DNA from: a virus
Lineage: Duplodnaviria; Caudoviricetes
Virus record (IMG/VR): IMGVR_UViG_3300050135_000024
Span: 1-62,271 of that record
Direction: 5' to 3' (one strand)
DNA length: 62,271 nucleotides
The notes beneath the pieces are model-generated. The model did no database searches, was not told where the DNA came from, and saw only the letters and a program-made list of their open reading frames with translations. This document shows, in pieces, positions 46,590-56,353 of this stretch. The position numbers and the translations under genes were made by a program. Each line of letters opens with the position of its first letter. Position 1 is the stretch's first letter.

Positions 46590-47236
46590 TGCCCCCGCTC
46601 CAAGACCACGACGGGCCGGTGAGCCTCACCGACGCGACGCGAGACGGCTGGAGCGATCGGGACGTCTACGGCGAGCCGGCCGACACAGACTGCGCGGGCG
46701 GCGACGACGCCGTCCTCTCCAACCCCGGCGGCTGCGCACCCCTCGCGGTCACCGGCCGGGCCGAGTCGCCCGCGCACACCCTACCTGTAGCCGAGGCGCG
46801 AGCCTACGGGAGCGCCGTAATCGCGCCCGCTGGTGTAGACCGCTCTGAGGGTAAGGCAGCGCCCAGCCAGCCGCGGGATGCCCTGGAGGTTGGGGCTCGG
46901 CCTCTGCGGCAAGGGCAACCCTGCGCGACCTGCCCGTGGCGCGTGGATCAGCACGCCGACGCGATCCCCAACTTCGATCTCGAACTGGCCGAGAACTTGA
47001 TCGGCACCACGAGCGACCAGTTGGGCGCCCCACTGTTCGCCTGCCACCAGTCGCGCCCCGGCCGCGAGGTCGTCTGCCGGGGCTGGCTCGTCGCGTACGG
47101 GTGGGACAACATCGCGGTGCGGCTCAAGCTCATCAACGGCAGTCTCACCCCGGAGGATCTGACCGCTGGCGAGGACTGGCCCGAGCTGCACTCGACGTTC
47201 GGCGAAGTCATCGAGAAGCTGCGAGCCGACGCATGA
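46589..47236 (+). CDS. DUF6283-like Cys-rich protein
   Basis: PCATCPWR, FACHQS and CRGWL. Confidence 0.6.
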   Translation: MPPLQDHDGPVSLTDATRDGWSDRDVYGEPADTDCAGGDDAVLSNPGGCAPLAVTGRAESPAHTLPVAEARAYGSAVIAPAGVDRSEGKAAPSQPRDALEVGARPLRQGQPCATCPWRVDQHADAIPNFDLELAENLIGTTSDQLGAPLFACHQSRPGREVVCRGWLVAYGWDNIAVRLKLINGSLTPEDLTAGEDWPELHSTFGEVIEKLRADA

Positions 47237-47697
47237 GCGCGTCTGCGAACGGCCGCGCCCCACGCCAACGCGTCGGCCCGCGCGCCAAGATCGCCGTGCT
47301 GCTCCCGAGCGGCTGGCTTTACGGAACAGTCAACCGGGCCGAATTCGACCGGGCGGTCAGCGACCCCAAGAAGCACCGGACATTCCGGCTCAGCAAACGA
47401 GGCTGGCACGGAAACACCTCGGTGGTCGACGTCATCAGCTCGCACGTCGACGCGGTGGACTGGCAAGCACCAGCCACCCCAGTGAGACGGAAGAAGGCCG
47501 CCAAACTGAGAGTCACGAAGCCGCTCACCCAGAAACAGGCCGTTGACCTCTCCACCAACATCGAATTCCTCGACGAGAACGCACTCGCGATGTTGTGCCT
47601 CGCCGCCGGAGTGGACTCGATCGAGGCTCTGAGCCAGGCCACTCTCCCTGCATTTCGGGAGGCGTTGGCTGGGTACATGGACGAGGCGCGAGCATGA
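47233..47697 (+). CDS. Hypothetical protein
   Basis: ATGA coupling. Confidence 0.5.
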   Translation: MSASANGRAPRQRVGPRAKIAVLLPSGWLYGTVNRAEFDRAVSDPKKHRTFRLSKRGWHGNTSVVDVISSHVDAVDWQAPATPVRRKKAAKLRVTKPLTQKQAVDLSTNIEFLDENALAMLCLAAGVDSIEALSQATLPAFREALAGYMDEARA

Positions 47698-48905
47698 GCG
47701 CGGAACGCCACTACGGGAACTTCGCGGGCATCCCGATCGCGGAGACATCGTTCCTGCCGCCGGGCACCTGGATGATCGTCAGCGACAACCAGATCATCTG
47801 CAGCCCGGACACCTGGCGGCGCATCCAGTGGATGTGGGGCGGTCTGTGGGAGCGGTTCTCCGTCGAGCTTGATCGGCGCACGAGAGAGCGCATGGCGGGG
47901 GCGCAGCGGTGAGCGTCGGCAGGCCACCGGCGGAGCACGAGAAGCGCGTCGTCGCGGTCCGCTCGGAGGACTGCCAAGCGATGCTGGACCTGGTGCTCGT
48001 GGCGCGCACAAAGCACGTGATCGCCGTCAAGCTCTCCGATGACACGATCGAGCAAGCACCCGAGGTCATCGCTGCTCTCGACGATCCCGAGGTCCACGTC
48101 CACTACACGATGATTCCGCCCGAAGGCGCCCCCGCGTACGTGGCATGGCAGCAGACCGGCTATCCGCTGCTGTTGCAGGTCCGCACGTGCATCGAATGTG
48201 GTGAGCGGGTGTTGTTCGCGTGAGCGCCCCGGTCCAGATCGAGCGGTGCTCCGAGACTTGCGGGCGAAAGCCGGGTCACTCGGGGCCACACACTGACATC
48301 CCGACTGAGCGCGACCGCGAACGGGCACGCGAGCTGGCCAAGGCGATTCCTTTGGGGATGCGTCGTCGTGTAGCCGTCGGCACCCGCGTCGAATCCCGCG
48401 TGCGCAGCGTGTGCGGCAAGGATGGCCAGCGTCGCTGGGCCCGAGGCATAGTCGTCGGGCACGAGCCCTCGCTTGACCTGCCGCTGGTCTGGTGGGACGA
48501 CGAACGCGGGCTCACACCCGAGGCCGTAACAGACGACGAATTCGAGGTGTGCGGGTGAGCAGGAAGATCCCGCTTCGGGCACGCGATGGCAGCATTCGAA
48601 TGCCGCCTGACCTCGCCATCGTCGAGGACTTGCCGCTGGTGGAGTGGTCGGATGAACGTGGCCTCTCGCCCGAGGCGGTCCAGGACCAGTACGAGATCGT
48701 GCGATGACGAGCGCCCAGGTTCAGGCGGCGGCGTGCTTGGGCTGCGGCCAGGCTTGGCTGTTCCCCGACGAGCTGCCCGAGTCCAACGACCCGCGCAACC
48801 AGTTTCCCGTTGAGTCCGGGCCGTGGGACTTGCCCTGCCCCGACTGCGAAGGTGTGATCTGGATCACGGACCCGATGCCACGCAGCGAGTTCGAGGCGAG
48901 CCGCA

Positions 48906-49802
48906 ATGTCTGACCTCGCCGTCGTCCAAGACCTGTCGCTCGTCCCAGGTGGGATGGAGCGGAAGCTCTGGCGCGAGGTCCCAGGCGGCCTGATCGAATA
49001 CCTCGAGGCCGAGGCTGGCTGGCTGACGTTGAAGGGCGAGCCCCGGCTGCGCCCCTACCGCAGGTATCTCTGGACGCCAACCGACGGCGAGCCGATCAAG
49101 CTCCCGTCGGTCAGCCACATCTGCGACCAGGTGTGCCCGAAGGACGGGATCCCCTACTGGAGCGAGGCCCGAGGAATTGAAGGAGCGCTGACCGCATTCA
49201 AGGCTGGCTGGCTGACGGTCACGAGCCGAGCCTTGGACGCGATCGCCATCGTCCGCGAGCACAACCTCGGCGCTGAGGCGGCGAAGAACCGGGCGGCCAA
49301 ACGGGGGTTGAACGTCCACGCGATCAATGACCACTACATGAAAACTGGCGAGCCGCCTAAGCAGTCGGACCACCCGGCCGAACATCGCGGCTTCATCCGC
49401 TCGTGGTCCAAGGCGACGCTCATCCTCAAGCCCGAGCCTGTCGCGGTCGAGCAGCTAGTCGTGCATCCGGACGACCTCTACGCAGGCCGCCTGGACATGC
49501 GCGCGATCGTCCGAGGCGAGTTGGAGCTCGACGAGTTTAAGACCCAGGAGTGGGGCGGCCTGTTCAGCTCGACGCATCTCCAAGCGATGCTGTATGAGCG
49601 CGCCGCCGTGCGCTGCGGCGATGAGCCGGCCGCGCGCCTGCGAGCGATCGTGCTCCCCGCAGATGGCGACTGGAACGAGGACCAGCACACCATGATCGTG
49701 GCTTGGCCTGACTCGAAGGTCGAAGCTGCGCTCGCCTGGTTCCGGGAGAAACGAGCCATCGACTCTGCCTGCGGAGCCCGTAACCGGGCGGTGAGGACGT
49801 GA
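48906..49802 (+). CDS. PD-(D/E)XK exonuclease (Cas4/RecB-like)
   Basis: LPSVS.I, RG..VH, VE, YAGRLD, EFKT and LQ..LY. Confidence 0.75.
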   Translation: MSDLAVVQDLSLVPGGMERKLWREVPGGLIEYLEAEAGWLTLKGEPRLRPYRRYLWTPTDGEPIKLPSVSHICDQVCPKDGIPYWSEARGIEGALTAFKAGWLTVTSRALDAIAIVREHNLGAEAAKNRAAKRGLNVHAINDHYMKTGEPPKQSDHPAEHRGFIRSWSKATLILKPEPVAVEQLVVHPDDLYAGRLDMRAIVRGELELDEFKTQEWGGLFSSTHLQAMLYERAAVRCGDEPAARLRAIVLPADGDWNEDQHTMIVAWPDSKVEAALAWFREKRAIDSACGARNRAVRT

Positions 49803-50394
49803 GCGCGCACCGGGTTGTGATCGAGTTCGATGATGGCGTGCGGGCCAAGCTCGTCTGCCCAGAGTCGGGCTGCATGCCAGCGCAGAACTGCGCTCAATGC
49901 GGCCGGGACCTACGACCGCGTGACGAGGCCGAGCAGCAGGCGGAAGGCATCGAGCCTTGCTACGACTGCAAGGACGCCGAGTCATGGCGAGACGAGTGCT
50001 GGATCAAGACGTGGTTCGACAACATCGACGCCACAGAACTGCTCGCCGGGAAGGTGACGGTCGAGATCGACGCCGAGTGGGACCTAGACCACATGGTCGC
50101 ACACATCATCGAAACGGAGCCATCGGCCGGAGAGGCAGGCACGGGCGTGAGCGCGGACCGCACCCTGACGGGCGTGATCGCCGAGCGGCAACGTGAGCGC
50201 AACCGCCTACATCGGCTCGCCGGAGCACTGCGCCGCGTGCTTGACGACCAGCGCGCAGAGACGGGCGTGGACGAGTGGGACGAGTCGGACTTCCGCTGCT
50301 ACGCCTACAACGCCGCCGAAGCAGTGCTGGAGCGCGGCATCCACGGCGACGCGCGCCTCGATGAGTGCCTTGACCAGGCAGACCCGGAGGCCCT

Positions 50395-50754
50395 ATGACC
50401 CCCGTCTCCCCCTCCCACAAAGCCGGCGACGGCGTCTTCGAGTACCTGGCCGAGCGCCCTTCCATCGGGCTCACGCCTACGGAGTTGGCATACGCACTCA
50501 AGCGGCCCGTAGAGGAGATCGAGACCGACGTGGCGCAGCTTCTCGTTGACGGCCGGCTAAACGCCGGCTACGGCCACTACAGCGCGCGTCCCTGCGGACA
50601 GGAGTCGCCCGCGCCGGTCGAGGTCCACTACGGCATCTGTCGTCTGCCTGTCGGGCATCGTGGCCCCTGCGAGTGGACGCCTGCTCACACACGAAGCGAG
50701 CCCGGTATGACTGTCGGCTCCCCCTCCCACGAAGCCCACAGGAGGCTGATATGA
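50395..50754 (+). CDS. Hypothetical protein (cassette 1, wHTH-like plus Cys/His)
   Basis: Starts with repeat-encoded SPSHKA and ends with SPSHEA. Confidence 0.5.
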   Translation: MTPVSPSHKAGDGVFEYLAERPSIGLTPTELAYALKRPVEEIETDVAQLLVDGRLNAGYGHYSARPCGQESPAPVEVHYGICRLPVGHRGPCEWTPAHTRSEPGMTVGSPSHEAHRRLI

Positions 50755-50999
50755 AGATCATCGTCCAGCATGGCGGGTACGGGTGCGACACGGGCTGTTG
50801 CGGGCACTGGGTAGAGTGCGACGACCCCGAGCAGCAGCCGCCGAGAACACGGGGTGGCTTCACTTTCGAGCACGCCTCCCATGACGGCGAGACTCCTCAG
50901 CAGTTCGCGGAACGGCTCGTGCGCGAAACCTTCGGCGATGAGCATGTAGCTGACCTTGACTGGGAGAACTGCCAAGTCGTCGAGGATTGTGATTGGTGA
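50751..50999 (+). CDS. Hypothetical protein (cassette 2)
   Basis: YGCDTGCCGH motif; AGGAGG RBS. Confidence 0.65.
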   Translation: MKIIVQHGGYGCDTGCCGHWVECDDPEQQPPRTRGGFTFEHASHDGETPQQFAERLVRETFGDEHVADLDWENCQVVEDCDW

Positions 51000-51035
51000 T
51001 GCGGGGCTCCCCCTCCCACGAAGCCAAGGCGGCCG

Positions 51036-51362
51036 ATGCTTAGCGGTCTCGACAGGGAGATCGTCGGCGTGAACGTCGCGGGATGCGACGCGCTCTGCTT
51101 GCCGTGCGCGGCGAAGCGACTGGGCGAACCTCGCTGCGCACGAGTGATCGCGGGGCTTGAGGATCGCCGGCACCTTGAATGGGGTGCGCCCGAACCGATC
51201 AACCGATACAACGCCGAAGACTGGGCGCAGGACAATGCCGAGGAATGCAACTGCGAGCGTGAAGTGCCGCTCGGCGAGGTCTGCGAGAACTGCTGGATGC
51301 TGTGCTGTCCCGACTGCGGCAAGCGCCTCGACGAGCCGCCGAAGGCCGAGGCTGCGACATGA
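51036..51362 (+). CDS. Cys-rich hypothetical protein (cassette 3)
   Basis: Multiple CxxC. Confidence 0.6.
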   Translation: MLSGLDREIVGVNVAGCDALCLPCAAKRLGEPRCARVIAGLEDRRHLEWGAPEPINRYNAEDWAQDNAEECNCEREVPLGEVCENCWMLCCPDCGKRLDEPPKAEAAT

Positions 51363-51396
51363 CCGGCTCCCCCTCCCACGAAGCCGGCGAGGCGAC

Positions 51397-51630
51397 GTGA
51401 TGGTCGTCTATGCGATCGGCACGCGCTTGCGTCATCACGCTGGCAGCCTGTGGGAAGTCACAGGACACAACGAGCTCACGGGCGACTATGGGATCAAATG
51501 CCTGATCGGGACGGTGCGAGAGGGCCTGATCGGTGGCGAGGTCGCGGGCTCCGTGCGCTCGGGCATCCACGCCGACTACCTGCACGGCGACGGCTGGCGA
51601 GTCGAGATGGCCGATGAGGTGGACTGGTAA
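51397..51630 (+). CDS. Hypothetical protein (cassette 4)
   Basis: Coupled ORF between repeats. Confidence 0.6.
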   Translation: MMVVYAIGTRLRHHAGSLWEVTGHNELTGDYGIKCLIGTVREGLIGGEVAGSVRSGIHADYLHGDGWRVEMADEVDW

Positions 51631-51667
51631 TGGGCGTCTCCCCCTCCCACGAAGCCAAGGCGGGCGA

Positions 51668-51880
51668 ATGAGCAAGCGAGGCAAGCGAGCGTCGGCGCGT
51701 AAGTGGCGAGGCGGCACGTCGGGCGGCATGAGCAAGCACCGCACGTCGGGCCGCGCTCCGCAGTTCGGGACGCAGGAGATCGCGCGACTGATGAACGAGG
51801 AAGCCACGAGGCGACCGAGGGCCTATCGCATGTTCGCGTCTATGGCGGCGCTGATGCGCTCACGGCGGGGGCCGGTATGA
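51668..51880 (+). CDS. Basic hypothetical protein (cassette 5)
   Basis: ATGA-coupled after the fifth repeat. Confidence 0.45.
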   Translation: MSKRGKRASARKWRGGTSGGMSKHRTSGRAPQFGTQEIARLMNEEATRRPRAYRMFASMAALMRSRRGPV

Positions 51881-52498
51881 GGCGCGTCTTGCTTCAACGT
51901 GGCACGTACCCCTCTGGGTGGAAGCTGACGCTACTCTCACCCACCTTCGAACCGGGCGCGAGACACCACAGGTATGGCCTTCGGCTAGAGGTTCGCCGTC
52001 CGGCCGGCCACACTCAGCACACGCGGATCGTCGAATGCTTCATCGGCCGGCCACACCCTGACCTGCGTCACGGCGGTGTGGGCACCCTGACGGTGGAAGC
52101 AAAGACATGGCGTGCGTGGCTGCACAAGTCTGCGGGTCCGGGGTCCAGTGCAGGCCGCAAGGTGTTCATTCGGCTGAAGGTGGGCACAGGCGGGAAGCGC
52201 GGATGACGCCGACTGACTCCGCAGCCGCCAAGGCCAGTGATCCGTCGCCCTCGCAGTTGCGGGCGCGTGCCAAGGAGCGGCGGCTGGAACTTCTCGCATG
52301 GATCCGCGAGCGGCCCGAGCACCAAGGACTGACCACGCGAGAGCTTGTGAACCTGTCGGGCATCTACGACCGGGACGAGTATTGCGGCTGGCTCGGGAGC
52401 CCGATCTCACGCGCCAATCGCGATGTGAGGGCACTCCAGCGCGAAGGGCTGCTTAGGTATGCGGTCTATTCCTATCCCGCTCGCTGGGAGCTTGCCTC

Positions 52499-52918
52499 GT
52501 GACCGTCACCCGCTCCAGCACGGCCAAGAGCGGCGTCCTCCCCATCCCCAAACCCGAGCGCCCTCCGAAGGGACGACGCGAGCGCGAGAGGCCGGCGCTC
52601 TACACCTACGGGTTCCTGCCGGGGGAGAAGCCCGAGTGCTGGCTGAAACAGTTCGCGCCCGACGTGCCGTGCGATGGCCGGATGCAGTGGTGTCACCTGA
52701 TCCGCGAACAGACGATCCGCAAAGAGGTCTCGCGCGCGAAGGCTGTGCTGTGGGACCAGCGCGTTCTCCAGGCCGCCTGCTATCGGCATCACACGGCTCT
52801 CGACCACTTGAAACTGGTCATCCCGCGCTCGGCTCTCCCCGCGAGCGTTGAGGAATTCGCCGCAGAGCACAAGATCGACTGGTGGCTGACGAAACGCTAC
52901 GGGGAGCGGACGGCGTGA
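52499..52918 (+). CDS. HNH-like hypothetical protein
   Basis: C.G.MQ.CHLI...C.RHH..LD. Confidence 0.5.
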   Translation: MTVTRSSTAKSGVLPIPKPERPPKGRRERERPALYTYGFLPGEKPECWLKQFAPDVPCDGRMQWCHLIREQTIRKEVSRAKAVLWDQRVLQAACYRHHTALDHLKLVIPRSALPASVEEFAAEHKIDWWLTKRYGERTA

Positions 52919-53093
52919 GCTCTCGCCGAAGCGCTGTCTTTTTTGCGTCGGACGTGACGACAGCGGCGGAGGAGGCGGCCTGCGCGATGGCGGACCACCT
53001 GCCCAGCGACGACTTGCTTCCCGAGCTGTCTAACTCAGTCGAATGCGCGATCGTTGAGTTCTTTCAGAAGCTCTCGAACGGGGAGCGTACCGC

Positions 53094-53774
53094 GTGACCG
53101 CGCACACGGCGATGCTGCGGCTCTACGCTGCGGATGAGCTTGGCCCGGACGGCTACCCGCTGGTCTGGCATCGCTGCCCGCGCTGTAAGGGAACGGGCAA
53201 GGTTGGGAACCCCGAGCACCCGGACTGCTGCGGCACGTTCGCTGGCGGCTGCGGGGGCAGCGGGTCCCTGAAGGCCCGCGTCCGCTCCGAAGCTGGCAAC
53301 CGCTGCGTGCGCTGCCAGCATCCCTACCAGCCGGGCGCGGGTGAGTGGTCGCGTTGCGATGAGCGATGTGTCCACGACGGGCCGCTCCGCGTCGGAGGGC
53401 GCCCGGAGGTCAAGGACCCCTTCACTGCGATTACGCCACCGCCTATCGACCCCGGCTTGGCACCACCCCGTGTGTGGGTCGAGCGCGGCTGGGCCTGCTA
53501 CGCGCAGTGGCGCATCCTCACCGTCCACCACCTCGGGGGCCCGACGCGCAAGTTCGACTGCCGCTGGCATCAGCTCGTGGCCCTTTGCCAGCGATGCCAT
53601 CTTGAGATTCAAGGGAAGGTCAACATGGAGCGCGCCTTCATCTTCGAGCACAGCGCTTGGTTCAAGCCTTATGCAGCAGGCTGGTATGCCTGGAAGTATG
53701 AGGGCCGGGAGATCGATCGTGCCGAGGCAGAAGCAGATCAGGACCGGCTACTCGCATTGGAGCGCCTGGTTTGA
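53094..53774 (+). CDS. HNH-like protein with CxxCxGxG zinc finger
   Basis: CPRCKGTG, RCVRC, LTVHHL...L..LCQRCH. Confidence 0.65.
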   Translation: MTAHTAMLRLYAADELGPDGYPLVWHRCPRCKGTGKVGNPEHPDCCGTFAGGCGGSGSLKARVRSEAGNRCVRCQHPYQPGAGEWSRCDERCVHDGPLRVGGRPEVKDPFTAITPPPIDPGLAPPRVWVERGWACYAQWRILTVHHLGGPTRKFDCRWHQLVALCQRCHLEIQGKVNMERAFIFEHSAWFKPYAAGWYAWKYEGREIDRAEAEADQDRLLALERLV

Positions 53775-54277
53775 TGGCGTGGCAATCGAAACAGGCGCAG
53801 CGTGACTATCTCCGGGCGAGGGAGCGGCGGCTGATTGCCGCCGGTGGCTGCCGCGTTTGCCTTACGACACCCGCCGACCCCGGCTATGCGAGCTGCGAGC
53901 GATGCCGTACGAAAGAGCGCGAGAAGTACGCGTGTCGGCGTGACGCTGGAGCACATGATCTCGGTGCCCGACGTGCGGCGACCCTGCTGAGACGCTACGG
54001 GATCACGGCGGCTGAGTATGACGCGCTGTTCGCGCGACAGGGCGGCCTATGCGCACTCTGTCGCAAGTCGAATAAAGGACGCGGTCGAATGGCGGTTGAC
54101 CACGATCACGCGACTGGACGCGTTCGTGGCCTGCTCTGCTTCCACTGCAACACCGCACTCGGGCGACTGGAGTCCATCGGGCTTGACGCTGTGGCCATCT
54201 ATCTCGGACAGGAGCTTGACCGCCCCGAGGCCGAGGCGCGCCTCGATGAGCTGCTGGCGTACGAGAGGCTCGCATGA
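53774..54277 (+). CDS. Endonuclease VII-like homing endonuclease
   Basis: YGIT..EY......Q.G.CALC, VDHDH.TG.VRGLLC..CN..LG. Confidence 0.9.
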   Translation: MAWQSKQAQRDYLRARERRLIAAGGCRVCLTTPADPGYASCERCRTKEREKYACRRDAGAHDLGARRAATLLRRYGITAAEYDALFARQGGLCALCRKSNKGRGRMAVDHDHATGRVRGLLCFHCNTALGRLESIGLDAVAIYLGQELDRPEAEARLDELLAYERLA

Positions 54278-54434
54278 CCGACCTCGCCGCGATGGTCTGC
54301 ACCTGCGGGCATAGCGCCTACTGGCACCAAGGCTGCTGCGACAAATGCGACTGCCCGAAGTTCTCGCTCGCCCGCATTGACACCTACGAATCGCTGCGCG
54401 GCGAGATCGCCCGGCTGACCAAGGAGCGTCCGGC

Positions 54435-54911
54435 GTGAGCGATCTTGCGCAAGCGCTCATGGTGGCGATCCGCGTGCACGCCGACCAGCGCGACAAACAG
54501 GGCGAGCCATATCTGCTGCACGTGCTGCGGGTCGTGGAGGCCGTCACCTACGACACGAGGGTTGTCGCGGCGCTACACGATGTGCTGGAGGACGGGACGC
54601 CCAGCGTCGAGCATTTGCGTCCCGTTGGGCTGTCAGAGGACGAGTGGATCGCACTGGAAGCCCTGACACGGAAGCCGGATCGCTGGTCCTACAGGGAGTA
54701 CATTGACCAGATCGCGGGACACGCGGGCAGCGGCGGCGACATCGCCCGCGAGGTCAAGCTAGCCGACCTCCGCGACAACCTCGGACGCATCCCGGGCCCC
54801 GACCTATTGCTGAGCTTCGCGCCCGTGGAGCGGGACGCAGTGGCCGCGAAGTGGGCATCTCTCAAAGCCCGTTACGAGAAGGCGATCGACACCTTGGAGC
54901 GGGTCGCGTGA
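54435..54911 (+). CDS. HD-domain (p)ppGpp hydrolase-like protein
   Basis: H..Q.DK.G.PY..H..RV, ALHDVLED and VKLADL.DN. Confidence 0.8.
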   Translation: MSDLAQALMVAIRVHADQRDKQGEPYLLHVLRVVEAVTYDTRVVAALHDVLEDGTPSVEHLRPVGLSEDEWIALEALTRKPDRWSYREYIDQIAGHAGSGGDIAREVKLADLRDNLGRIPGPDLLLSFAPVERDAVAAKWASLKARYEKAIDTLERVA

Positions 54912-55228
54912 GCGCGCAGCCGCGACGATGGACGCTGCGACGGCCGAGCGATGCCTTCATGGCTCGTCAGGCGATGCCCAGCCTCCTGGGAGGCCTCGGC
55001 GCACCAGGCGATGCTTGTCCAGCGATCGAGCCCGGCGAGAAAGAGGTCCGCGTGCGTGAGGATCGAGCGACCGCAGCCGACATCGAGGCCGCGACGGAGG
55101 CGATCATGGCGAGCTACCGCAACCCTCAACGGGGCGATCGTAAAGCCCTCGAACGGCAGCGCTCAACAGCGCGTAAGCAGGCCCGGCTCGCCCTCGCTGC
55201 CGTGTTCTCAGAGGTGGAAGATGGCTGA
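54908..55228 (+). CDS. Hypothetical protein
   Basis: GTGA coupling; N-terminus (PRRWTL) resembles that of the split gene at 55221. Confidence 0.5.
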   Translation: MSAQPRRWTLRRPSDAFMARQAMPSLLGGLGAPGDACPAIEPGEKEVRVREDRATAADIEAATEAIMASYRNPQRGDRKALERQRSTARKQARLALAAVFSEVEDG

Positions 55229-55354
55229 GAGCACACCCCGGACATGGACGCTGAGCCGACGGCCACACCCCGACCACTTCCAGACTCTGGCCGAGGGAGA
55301 GCGGGTCGAGGTCATCGAGAATGGGGTATCCACTTTGATGGCCCGGAGGGAGAG

Positions 55355-55576
55355 GTGAGGTATCGCTTCGCAATCTGGCTCCTGCGCCCGCTGCTCATAG
55401 CTGAGCGCTGGAGATGTATAGGCGCGCTGGAGGCAACGGACGCAACCGACCGCAAAGGGCTGCGTTCTAGCGGCTATTTCCAGGGCCGTATCGGCGTTCT
55501 CGATGATCTGATCGCGCGCAAGTCGATCCCATGGATGGGACGCGGTCCCGTCACATTCGGAGACGACGATGCCTGA
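55355..55576 (+). CDS. Small hypothetical cargo gene
   Basis: GTG start after GGAGGGAGAG. Confidence 0.45.
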   Translation: MRYRFAIWLLRPLLIAERWRCIGALEATDATDRKGLRSSGYFQGRIGVLDDLIARKSIPWMGRGPVTFGDDDA

Positions 55577-55594
55577 CCAGGGCCGGAGCGAGAC

Positions 55595-56353
55595 ATGAAG
55601 CCGTTCTACGAGGACGAGCTGACGACGATCTATCACGGCGACTGTGTAAAGCTGCTACCGGAGTTGCCCAAGGCGGATCTGATCTTCACGTCGCCTCCCT
55701 ACAACCTCGGTATCACGACGGGCGGTGGCTTCGCTGACGTTCGGAAGTATCCCGATATGGCGATGGGGAAGTGGAGCGGCGGGAAGCTTGCTTACGGCTA
55801 CGAGGGCCACGAGGATGCAATGCCACTGGACGAGTACGAGGCGTGGCAGCGCTGCGTACTCCGCGGCTGCTGGGCCCAGCTCAGCGAGGTCGGGGCGATC
55901 TTCTACAACCACAAGCCGCGCGTCCAGGGCGGACTCCTTTGGATGCCATTGGAGTGCAATCCGGGGCTGCCGCTGCGACAGATCATCATCTGGGCCCGCG
56001 CTGGTGGTGTTAACTTCGCGCCGACGCACTATTGCCCGACGCACGAGTGGATCATGGTTCTCGCCAAGCCGGATTGGCGGCTCAAGAACAAGGGTGTGTC
56101 GGGCCTCGGGGATGTTTGGCGAGTCAATCAGGAGCCGAGCGACCATCCGGCGCCGTTCCCGCTTGGCCTGCCCGGCAAAGCGATTGAGTCGGTCGGGCCC
56201 AGCCTAGTGCTCGACCCGTTCATGGGCTCTGGCACGACCCTCAGGGCGGCGAAGGACGCGGGTATCCGTTCAATCGGAATCGAGACGAGTGAGCGCTACT
56301 GCGAGATGGCCGTCAAGCGGCTCGCGCAGGAGGCGCTCACATGGGCCAGCTAA
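55595..56353 (+). CDS. Site-specific DNA methyltransferase (N4-C/N6-A, beta class)
   Basis: TSPPY precedes HPAPFP and VLDPFMGSGTT. Confidence 0.92.
   Translation: MKPFYEDELTTIYHGDCVKLLPELPKADLIFTSPPYNLGITTGGGFADVRKYPDMAMGKWSGGKLAYGYEGHEDAMPLDEYEAWQRCVLRGCWAQLSEVGAIFYNHKPRVQGGLLWMPLECNPGLPLRQIIIWARAGGVNFAPTHYCPTHEWIMVLAKPDWRLKNKGVSGLGDVWRVNQEPSDHPAPFPLGLPGKAIESVGPSLVLDPFMGSGTTLRAAKDAGIRSIGIETSERYCEMAVKRLAQEALTWAS

Larger units (their letters stand above)
50406..51656 (+). repeat. Five dispersed 19-bp repeats CTCCCCCTCCCAC(G/A)AAGCC at gene junctions
   Basis: Copies start at 50406, 50718, 51007, 51367 and 51638. Confidence 0.9.

Noticed and set aside
50406-51656. CRISPR array interpretation of the 19-bp repeats
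   Set aside because: Spacers are 250-340 bp, uneven and protein-coding; no cas operon is present (the exonuclease is a typical phage PD-(D/E)XK enzyme).
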